Of a stretch of 64,000 nucleotides of DNA, positions 30,626 through 38,407 are shown piece by piece. The DNA is taken from contig DATEZQ010000001.1 in NCBI GenBank assembly GCA_035583355.1, forward strand, positions 75,055 through 139,054, given 5' to 3'. How positions within the stretch are numbered: the stretch's first letter is position 1; each line of letters opens with the position of its first letter. This DNA comes from Minisyncoccota bacterium. Lineage in GTDB: Bacteria; Patescibacteriota; Minisyncoccia; Phycocordibacterales; UBA6899. A program made the translations under genes and the position numbers. The notes under the pieces were generated by a model. It had not been told where the DNA came from and did not search any database. It saw only the letters and a list, made by a program, of their open reading frames with translations.

Positions 30626-30654
30626 ATAAAAACAGACGCAAGCGTCTGTCTTTA
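30626..30654 (+). terminator. rho-independent terminator closing the tRNA-Ala/element region
   Basis: AAAAACAGACGC-AA-GCGTCTGTCTTTATTT. Confidence 0.55.
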
Positions 30655-30775
30655 TTTCGTACAACACATTTTCGCAAATGTACCTCTATCCGACTTCTTA
30701 CTAAGAAGATCAATATAAATTAAAGAGGGCGACCTCTTGGAATTATATTGACCCAGTTTTCTGAAAACCGAAAAC

Positions 30776-30955
30776 TTAATAAGCGAGCTCCTCCTCGAGG
30801 ACGCCGCAATAGCAGTGTTCTGGGTTAGTCCATTCTCGCCCGCAACGCATGCATGGGTGCTTACCTTCCTGCGCCTTTTCAAGCGCAAGCTCATGTGCGA
30901 GGGTTTCGATGGATGTGCAGAACGCACACTCACAATATGGTCGCTCGTTGGCCAT
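30776..30955 (-). CDS. small Cys-rich (zinc-ribbon-like) protein, 59 aa
   Basis: MANERPYCECAFCTSIETLAHELALEKAQEGKHPCMRCGREWTNPEHCYCGVLEEELAY has CxC..C...CxxC...CxC; below the ORF-track length cutoff; terminator hairpin downstream (30732-30750). Confidence 0.4.
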   Translation of the reverse strand: MANERPYCECAFCTSIETLAHELALEKAQEGKHPCMRCGREWTNPEHCYCGVLEEELAY

Positions 30956-31096
30956 AAATCAAGTATAACAACGTATATTCACTATTGTAAACGCTTGCAT
31001 GTGCAAAACTTGTGTATAGTGTGTGCATAACTCTAAATTCTTTCAAATATATGTGTTAGAATATGGACATATGAAGGATAAAGCAACCGTGTAATT

Positions 31097-31294
31097 ATGA
31101 CAGATAATTTTTCATTCGAAGAGACTCCAACAAAGCTAACTGCGTACTCTGGACCAACTGGGCTAGTTGGTTTTCTTATAAAGAAAGTTGGCGTGCCTAA
31201 TGAGAAGATAGCAAATCTCATACTTATCATCATTGCGCTCGTTATATTCACTATCTCTGGCTTTATTTTCGCAAGCGCACTCAGCGGAATATAG
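31097..31294 (+). CDS. small membrane protein (65 aa)
   Basis: Single TM (LILIIIALVIFTISGFIFA) and a strong terminator immediately downstream. Confidence 0.5.
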   Translation: MTDNFSFEETPTKLTAYSGPTGLVGFLIKKVGVPNEKIANLILIIIALVIFTISGFIFASALSGI

Positions 31295-31296
31295 AA

Positions 31297-31325
31297 ATAC
31301 CCACTACAGATGTAGTGGGTATTTT
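31297..31325. terminator. bidirectional hairpin terminator
   Basis: AAATACCCACTACA-GA-TGTAGTGGGTATTTT. Confidence 0.6.
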
Positions 31326-31326
31326 G

Positions 31327-31614
31327 TTATCCGCTGAGATCATTCTCGACTCCAGTTTCTCGAACACGTTGTCTGTAGTTGCAATAAGTGCAGTGCGTGC
31401 TTTGAAGGGGAGGACCCGCATTGAGTACGCGCTCCATACCATCGTAGAGGGCTTGTTTTTTTATGCGCGCAGCCTCAGGCGGTAGGTCAACTGTAAGGCA
31501 GTGTATTGGGCGCAGAACATTATGCTTATGTGCAAGATAGAAGCAACGAGGACAATCGAGGAAAAGCGCGATTTCATCACGGGTGAAGCTGGCGTTGTCC
31601 GTTGCTTTTGGCAT
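31327..31614 (-). CDS. hypothetical small protein with Cys pairs
   Basis: 95 aa with CPRC...HC...C..C; no family recognised. Confidence 0.45.
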   Translation of the reverse strand: MPKATDNASFTRDEIALFLDCPRCFYLAHKHNVLRPIHCLTVDLPPEAARIKKQALYDGMERVLNAGPPLQSTHCTYCNYRQRVRETGVENDLSG

Positions 31615-31770
31615 GGAGGAATTATAGCATACTTCTTTTCAGTAAGTTACAAATACTTGTGTATTGAATGTGGAAAATCTGCAGGTGTGGTCTATGGCAC
31701 ATGCTGTTGAGTGAAAAACAGTGTTTTGGGCTTGCTTTTCGCTTTCTTTCTTTTCGTGTATATTACATAT

Positions 31771-34260
31771 ATGAATAAAGGAAGATTTGAGCGTTATGAG
31801 CACAAGAATGTGGAGCAGAAGTGGCAGAAGAAATGGGGCGAGATGGCACTCAACCGCACCCAAGAGGATCCCGCAAAGCCAAAGTGCTATGTGCTGGACA
31901 TGTTTCCCTATCCATCAGGAGATGGATTGCATGTAGGTCATCCGAAAGGGTATATCGCCACAGACGTATATACGCGCTTTAAACGAATGCGTGGTTTTAA
32001 TATCCTTCATCCAATGGGATGGGATGCGTTTGGTCTTCCTGCTGAACAATTTGCGCTCAAGAACAAGGTTCACCCAAGTGTAGCTGTGGCAAAGAATTGT
32101 GCGCGATTTAAGGAGCAACTTGAAAAAATTGGTTTTAATTATGATTGGGAACGAGAGATCAACACTACCGATCCATCTTACTACAAGTGGACTCAGTGGA
32201 TTTTCCTGAAACTCTTTGAGCGTGGACTTGCATATCAATCGAATGAACCAATCAATTGGTGTCCTTCATGTCTCACTGGCCTAGCGAATGAAGATCTTGA
32301 TGGAGATAAGTGTGAACGCTGTGGAACGAAAGTTGAACAGAAGCCTATTCGTCAGTGGGTACTTCGAATTACTGACTATGCTGATCGCATGCTTAGTGAC
32401 CTTGATACGCTTGAGTGGCCGACTTCAATCAAAGAGAGTCAGCGTAATTGGATAGGGAAGAGTGTGGGCGCAATGCTCCATTTTGAGCATGCCGCTGCTC
32501 CTGCTCATACCCCTCCTATCTCTGTATTTACAACAAGACCTGATACTCTTTTCGGAGTCACCTATATTGCTATCAGTGCAAAGCTTGCGCTGAAGTACTT
32601 TGCGGAAGAGGTGTTTGAGGCTAATGCTGAACTGAAGCAATTCGCGAATCAAATCATTGCCGATGAATCGAGAGCCGTTTATGGGGAAGTTGCTGAGAAG
32701 AAGGGTGTGTTCACTGGGTACTATGTGATTCATCCGATAACTGGAGCAAAGATTCCACTTTGGATTGCGAATTACGTGCTTGGTAATTATGGAACAGGTG
32801 CAGTTATGGGCGTTCCTGCCCACGACGAACGTGATTTCGATTTTGCAAAGCAATATGATATTCCCATGAAGATGGTGGTGTGCCCTGTCTACCCATCACC
32901 AACTTGTCCTGTACTCGATCATGCATTTGAGGATGATGGTCACTTGGTGAACTCTGGTGATTTTGATGGTATGCCAAATCGTGATGCAATTCCTGGTATT
33001 ATTGCAGCAGCAAAGGGTGAGCCGAAAACACAGTATCGCCTCAAGGATTGGGTGTTTGCGCGTCAGCGTTACTGGGGAGAGCCTATACCGCTTGTTTTCC
33101 AGAAAGGAACGGATGTTGCATATCCTGTCGACATGACAGATCTCCCCGTAGTACTTCCCGAGGTTGAGTTTTATGAGCCGACGGGTACTGGTGAATCTCC
33201 ACTTGCAAATATTTCAGAATGGGTAAACGTGGAGGGTTATGTCACTGAAAAGGGTACATTCAAGCTTGTAACAAAAGAGCATCCTGCACCAGAAGGTGTC
33301 ACCGTGCAGGAGTTTAGACGTGAGACCAATACGATGCCACAGTGGGCTGGCTCTTCGTGGTATTACCTTCGATATATTGACCCAAAAAATAATGATGCGC
33401 TCATTGATCCTAAGCGTGAGCACTATTGGTCGCCAGTGGATGTCTATGTGGGAGGTGCGGAGCACGCGACACGACACCTTATTTATGCTCGATTTTGGCA
33501 TAAGGTCTTGTTTGACGCTGGTGTAGTATCGAAGCCTGAGCCTTTTGCTCGCTTGCAGAATGTCGGGCTCATCATGGCATCAGATGGACGGAAGATGTCG
33601 AAGCGTTACGGAAATGTCATAAACCCAGATGATGTCATTGAGACGTTTGGTGCCGATTCTTTGAGATTATACGAGATGTTCATGGGTCCGTTCGATCAGC
33701 CAATCGCTTGGTCAACTGATAATATGGTGGGTGCTCGAAGATTTATTGAACGTGTCTGGAAGCTCGCGGATCGTGTCGGCGATATTGAGGAGGATGGAGC
33801 AACGGAAGTGCTCATGAATCAAACCATTGCAAAAGTTGGTGCGGACATTGAGGCTTTCAAATTCAATACAGCAATTTCTCAATTAATGATTTGCATCAAT
33901 GGGCTTGAGAAGCTGCCCGCTATTCCTCTGCGATCTTATCGTGCTCTATTGTTGCTTCTGTCTCCATTTGCTCCGCATATAACAGAAGAGATCTGGTCTC
34001 TTTTTGGGGAGTCGGAGTCTATTCACCTTCAGCAGTGGCCAATATTCGATGCTGCAAAGACTGAAACGAATACAGTTCCAATTGCGGTGCAGATTGCAGG
34101 TAAACTCCGTGATACGTTCCATGTGGAAAGAGATTCTTCTAAGGAGACAATTGAGAAGCTTGCACTTGAACGCGATGCGGTTAAGAAGTGGGTAGGCAGT
34201 CAGCAGGTAAAGAAGATCATCGTCGTTCCGAATAAGATCATCAATATTGTTGTTGGCTAA
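31771..34260 (+). CDS. leuS: leucine--tRNA ligase
   Basis: Class I HIGH motif (PYPSGDGLHVGHPKGY), editing CP1 domain, KMSKRYGN (KMSKS); start at ATG 31771 (MNKGRFERYEHKNVEQKWQKKW). Confidence 0.95.
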   Translation: MNKGRFERYEHKNVEQKWQKKWGEMALNRTQEDPAKPKCYVLDMFPYPSGDGLHVGHPKGYIATDVYTRFKRMRGFNILHPMGWDAFGLPAEQFALKNKVHPSVAVAKNCARFKEQLEKIGFNYDWEREINTTDPSYYKWTQWIFLKLFERGLAYQSNEPINWCPSCLTGLANEDLDGDKCERCGTKVEQKPIRQWVLRITDYADRMLSDLDTLEWPTSIKESQRNWIGKSVGAMLHFEHAAAPAHTPPISVFTTRPDTLFGVTYIAISAKLALKYFAEEVFEANAELKQFANQIIADESRAVYGEVAEKKGVFTGYYVIHPITGAKIPLWIANYVLGNYGTGAVMGVPAHDERDFDFAKQYDIPMKMVVCPVYPSPTCPVLDHAFEDDGHLVNSGDFDGMPNRDAIPGIIAAAKGEPKTQYRLKDWVFARQRYWGEPIPLVFQKGTDVAYPVDMTDLPVVLPEVEFYEPTGTGESPLANISEWVNVEGYVTEKGTFKLVTKEHPAPEGVTVQEFRRETNTMPQWAGSSWYYLRYIDPKNNDALIDPKREHYWSPVDVYVGGAEHATRHLIYARFWHKVLFDAGVVSKPEPFARLQNVGLIMASDGRKMSKRYGNVINPDDVIETFGADSLRLYEMFMGPFDQPIAWSTDNMVGARRFIERVWKLADRVGDIEEDGATEVLMNQTIAKVGADIEAFKFNTAISQLMICINGLEKLPAIPLRSYRALLLLLSPFAPHITEEIWSLFGESESIHLQQWPIFDAAKTETNTVPIAVQIAGKLRDTFHVERDSSKETIEKLALERDAVKKWVGSQQVKKIIVVPNKIINIVVG

Positions 34261-34298
34261 ACACATATGAATCCTCGGAGCCCTTTTCATGGGTAATC

Positions 34299-34327
34299 AA
34301 AAAACGCTTCCATGGGGAGGCGTTTTT
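34299..34327 (+). terminator. rho-independent terminator after leuS
   Basis: AAAAAACGCTTCC-ATGG-GGAGGCGTTTTTG. Confidence 0.55.
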
Positions 34328-34532
34328 GTCTAACACACAATATTTCAATGAAGTGTTTGGTACATTTTGAGCCATATTTTATAGGATAATTTGGCAAAAT
34401 CAGCCTCTTCTGGGTAGAGAAGACGTATTAAAGCCATTCTACTTGACAACTTGGCCATATATGATAGAAATAGGCATAACACGTATTGGAGGGAATATGT
34501 CAATACTGTTTTATTTGTGTTAGTTTTTCTTT

Positions 34533-35573
34533 ATGTCTACCACAGTTAACATTACATTTAAGCCGAAAGCAGTCGTACGACAGCTTCTTTCTGTGCCTAA
34601 TGATCGCAATCAGGATGTCCTGATTCGTCGTTATGGACTCGGAGCAGATCCTACACGTATGACACTCGAGGCCATAGGTGACCTTTATGGCATCACACGC
34701 GAGCGTGTGCGTCAGATTGAGAACACCGCACTTGCTGCAATCCGTAAGTCTCCTACCTACAGGGAGCTCCTTCCTGCATTTAATGAGCTTCGTGATGCGA
34801 TGGTCGCCCTTGGCGGCATCGTCCATGAGCGCGATTTTCTCAACGCAATCTCTACAGACCACGTTACGCAGCAGCACATTCATTTTCTTCTTGTCGTCGG
34901 CGATCTCTTCATCAAGCACAAGGAGTCAGATGACTTTGAGCACAGCTGGACGGTAGACAAAGATCTTGCTGAGCGTGTTCATGATTCCCTCCAAAAACTC
35001 TATGCTTCCCTCGGAAACGATGACCTCGTTGAGGAGTCGAAGTTGATCGATCGCTTTTTGTCACATCTTCGTGACGTTAATGCAGAATATGCACGCGAAG
35101 AGATCTATCGCCGCTGGCTAAATCTTTCACGCCGACTCTCAAAGAACCCTCTTGGTGAGTGGGGTCGCTCACAGTCTCCAAACGTATCTGCACGTGGTAT
35201 TCGTGATTACGCATTCCTCGTATTACGTAAGCATGGTTCACCAATGCACTTCCGTGAGGTTGCAAATGCCATCGAACAGAGTTTCCGCCGTGAAGCACAT
35301 ATTGCAACGACACACAATGAGCTCATCAAGGATAAGCGTTTCGTGCTCGTTGGTCGCGGTCTCTATGCACTCTCTGAATGGGGTTACTCAACAGGTATTG
35401 TTCGTGACGTCATTCGCGACTTGCTCCAGAAACATGGTGCACTCCAGCGAGATGAAATCGTCGAGCGCGTCATGCGTGAGCGTTACGTTAAGGAAAACAC
35501 CGTTGTAGTCAATCTTCAAAATGTACGCTTCTTCCGCAAGAATAAGGAAGGTAAGTACGAATGCGTTGCGTAA
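34533..35573 (+). CDS. sigma-70 region-4-like HTH fused to HARE-HTH-like domain(s); putative transcription-associated protein
   Basis: N-terminus RRYGLGADPTRMTLEAIGDLYGITRERVRQIENTALAAIR matches sigma-70 region 4; C-terminal IRDYAFLVLRKHGSPMHFREVANAIEQ resembles the HARE-HTH of the RNAP delta subunit. Confidence 0.65.
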   Translation: MSTTVNITFKPKAVVRQLLSVPNDRNQDVLIRRYGLGADPTRMTLEAIGDLYGITRERVRQIENTALAAIRKSPTYRELLPAFNELRDAMVALGGIVHERDFLNAISTDHVTQQHIHFLLVVGDLFIKHKESDDFEHSWTVDKDLAERVHDSLQKLYASLGNDDLVEESKLIDRFLSHLRDVNAEYAREEIYRRWLNLSRRLSKNPLGEWGRSQSPNVSARGIRDYAFLVLRKHGSPMHFREVANAIEQSFRREAHIATTHNELIKDKRFVLVGRGLYALSEWGYSTGIVRDVIRDLLQKHGALQRDEIVERVMRERYVKENTVVVNLQNVRFFRKNKEGKYECVA

Positions 35574-35612
35574 GCAATCAAACGAAAAAGACCCATCTCG
35601 TGGGTCTTTTTC

Positions 35613-36065
35613 TTAGCGCTTATTATCGATGATGCTTTTTTGATAATCCTCTCGCTCTTTGCATGCACTACAGAGGCCAAAGTATTCCACGGTATGATAG
35701 GTGATGCTGTCGTAGTGGGGGACTTGTGCCCTAAGCTCTGGCTCAAATCCTTCGTAGAAACAACCTTCTATGTCATCGTGACGCTTGCATCCGGTGCAGG
35801 TAATGTAATGATGATGTCTTTTGTCATCATGTAGTTCATAATACGCTGCATCCTCACCGAAGTCATCGCGATGTACAATGCCTTTCTTTACGAAAGTTTC
35901 AATAGTGCGGTAGATGGTGACCATATTCATGTCTTCGTCAGTCATTTGTACGCGCTCGAATATGTCCTTCACACGAAGTGGTTTCTTTGCATCCGTAAGT
36001 ACGCGAAGTACTTTTCCTCGGGCGCCAGTTGCCTTGAGGCCCGTCTCACGAATGACTTGAGACAT
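35613..36065 (-). CDS. fur: Fur family transcriptional regulator
   Basis: Fur winged helix (GARGKVLRVL...KPLRVKDIFERV) and metal sites HHHYITCTGCKRHDD...CSAC; start chosen at MSQVIRETG. Confidence 0.85.
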   Translation of the reverse strand: MSQVIRETGLKATGARGKVLRVLTDAKKPLRVKDIFERVQMTDEDMNMVTIYRTIETFVKKGIVHRDDFGEDAAYYELHDDKRHHHYITCTGCKRHDDIEGCFYEGFEPELRAQVPHYDSITYHTVEYFGLCSACKEREDYQKSIIDNKR

Positions 36066-36246
36066 TGATTTGGTTTCGCCTGGCTGATGTTTTGTTGTTT
36101 GCATACATAAATTGTATAGTAAGTTGCAATAACAACAATATCACAATTGTGGACAATCTGTGGATAGTGACTATATGAACATATAGTGTCATCCTGTATA
36201 GAGAAAAACCGCAATCTATGGCTAGTACATGCGGTTTTGTGAAATA

Positions 36247-37068
36247 TTACGAGCCCGTCTCCGGTTCTGCCATACGGATATTGTCCTGCTCAGTGAGTAT
36301 TGCATTACGAATATCAGGATTGATGTATTGATTGACTGAAGAGAACGGGAGTACAAATTCAACAGAGGTGCGCGTTCTTGTGGTCGGATCTTCCTCCGTA
36401 TCGACACTAATCAATAAACCATTTTTGTTAAGTGCGTGCTGATCATCACGCAACAATGATTGGTTGATTTGAGTAGGGGAAAGTGCTTTTGCACTTTCAA
36501 GTTTTGATATCTGAGTAGCAATGCGAGTCATTGTATCTGTACCAATGAATAAGTCTTTAGACTCTATAACTTTTGCATGCATCAGGTCAAAAGTAATATA
36601 GCGCACGAATTTTTGTGGATGTGGAATTTGCGCAAGCATCGTGCTCTCGGTGAACGCGATGGTTATGATGCGCGGTGTTGTAAGTAAGACCTTTGCATTC
36701 ATTGTGAATGTATTGATCATGGAAGCGCTTGTAGATGCAGTGACCGTACCACGCTTAAGCTCAGAGGAGAAACGACCCACTGCGTCTTCAACAAAACGTG
36801 CGATATATGCATTCGCTCGATCCGCAGCGGTATGATCGCTGAGAATCTTTACCTTTGGAGTATCATAATCGAGCACCGTTGGACCAGAAGGGTCATCTCG
36901 GTGCATACGTTCAATCGTAATAAGTGGAACTTCTTTTCCGAGCGCTGAAGAGAGTGGGGTAACTACTCTGTTCGCTTCTTCGTCTTGCTTGCGCTGCTGC
37001 CAAAAATCATACCCTGCATAGGTAAGTCCTGAGAGTAGGAGAATGGCAATGAGCGCGCGTGGGTTCAT
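36247..37068 (-). CDS. secreted hypothetical protein
   Basis: Signal peptide MNPRALIAILLLSGLTYAG; no domain recognised. Confidence 0.55.
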   Translation of the reverse strand: MNPRALIAILLLSGLTYAGYDFWQQRKQDEEANRVVTPLSSALGKEVPLITIERMHRDDPSGPTVLDYDTPKVKILSDHTAADRANAYIARFVEDAVGRFSSELKRGTVTASTSASMINTFTMNAKVLLTTPRIITIAFTESTMLAQIPHPQKFVRYITFDLMHAKVIESKDLFIGTDTMTRIATQISKLESAKALSPTQINQSLLRDDQHALNKNGLLISVDTEEDPTTRTRTSVEFVLPFSSVNQYINPDIRNAILTEQDNIRMAEPETGS

Positions 37069-37070
37069 AT

Positions 37071-37529
37071 TTAGTGTGATGAAGCAGTTACTTCGCTTTC
37101 TTGCATTCTTGCCTTAGCCCGCCGAGCAGTGCATTTTGTGCATCGGCAACCAAAAGGCTTGATGTGCACATTGAAGTACTCCTTACCATAATCGTAAGTG
37201 ATTTCCTCGCCAAGAGCAATAGGCTTTGTTGAAGTGATCCATACGTGACCTTTCTTGATATCGCTTTCTGCGTTCGGTGCACAGGAGTGATTCGCATAGC
37301 GTGCAGTATTGTAGCGAGGGCTTCCGTCGATGTCTACCTTGCTGCTCACGTTGAATATATATTTATTGGCGTCTTCATCTGAGGATGAGCGAACGATTCC
37401 AATATATTCAATAATTTTTACTCCCTTGGGGATTGCTTCGGCTGCGAAGAGTCCGAGGCCGGCGGCAGAGCGTTTTACTTTCAACTTATATGCAGCGTGC
37501 GGGTCGGTGCGTGTTTCTATAATCATACA
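37071..37529 (-). CDS. SET domain protein (putative protein-lysine methyltransferase)
   Basis: SET signatures GLGLFAAEAIPKGVKIIEYIG...RYANHSCAPNAES...GEEITYDYG; start chosen at MIIETRT. Confidence 0.75.
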   Translation of the reverse strand, partial: CMIIETRTDPHAAYKLKVKRSAAGLGLFAAEAIPKGVKIIEYIGIVRSSSDEDANKYIFNVSSKVDIDGSPRYNTARYANHSCAPNAESDIKKGHVWITSTKPIALGEEITYDYGKEYFNVHIKPFGCRCTKCTARRAKARMQESEVTASSH

Positions 37530-37640
37530 GTGCTTCTTATCGTACTGAATTCCCAGGAACTTGAAAGGGGATAGTGCTATTGACAATGCTATATAGTGTG
37601 TTATTATTACAAACGAACTGCTCATCGAAAGGAGGTTCAC

Positions 37641-38066
37641 ATGCTAGGGGAAAGCAAGATCGCAATGCTCGTCATGATGCTCTGTTCGCTGCTCTCTGCA
37701 GGCGGACCGCGAAGAAGTAATCAAGTCTACATTCCAGGAAAGCAGACTGATTTCTATCTCTATGAGAAGGGAGAGGCCTCCTGGTATGGACCTGGCTTCC
37801 ATGGCAAGACAACTGCGGGCGGAAAGACGTTTAATACATATCACTTCATGGTGGCACACAAGACGCTTCCTATAGGTGAAGTCATTTGTGTTCGTAACCC
37901 CGCAAACAACAGAGTAATCGTTTGCGAAGTTGCTGATCGTGGCCCATTCGTTCGAGGTCGCATAATTGATCTTTCTTATACCGCCATGAACCGGCTCGGT
38001 CTCGTTAGTAGCGGACATGGTATGATCGAAATCTATCGAACCGCAGACGCGCGAGTTCGTCAGTGA
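37641..38066 (+). CDS. RlpA-like double-psi beta-barrel (DPBB) protein, septal-ring lytic transglycosylase family
   Basis: Signal peptide; ASWYGPGFHGKTTAGGKTF...AHKTLPIGEVICVRNPANNRVIVCEVADRGPF motif; AGGAGG RBS before ATG 37641. Confidence 0.8.
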   Translation: MLGESKIAMLVMMLCSLLSAGGPRRSNQVYIPGKQTDFYLYEKGEASWYGPGFHGKTTAGGKTFNTYHFMVAHKTLPIGEVICVRNPANNRVIVCEVADRGPFVRGRIIDLSYTAMNRLGLVSSGHGMIEIYRTADARVRQ

Positions 38067-38135
38067 GGGTGCAACATGTGCCCTCACTTTTTTAGTCTCA
38101 AAAAACGCCGAACCACTTGATTCTTTGACATATAC

Positions 38136-38165
38136 TTCTTATCATGTTACTATAGACTTATCTCA
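38136..38165 (+). promoter_or_regulatory. putative promoter (TTGACA-17-TACTAT) with long 5' leader for DEAD-box helicase
   Basis: ttgacatatacttcttatcatgttactat; about 240 nt leader before ATG 38408. Confidence 0.45.
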
Positions 38166-38407
38166 TCAGTACTCCACGCAACGCGTTCTGCATTCAGCAG
38201 TTTGGGGGTTTATGGGACGCGTAATGTACTCCGCAATCTTCATTCGTGAAGTTGCACACTCTTGTAGGCATGGCCTACTGTTTCAATCATTTCTCCTAGT
38301 GCTTCATGCCTAGTTATCTTGAGAGATACTCGAAATAAACCTCAGCACTTACTTGTTGTGCTTTGTTGTGTTTTATTTTTGCATTGCGCCTTAAATCAAA
38401 TTTGAAA

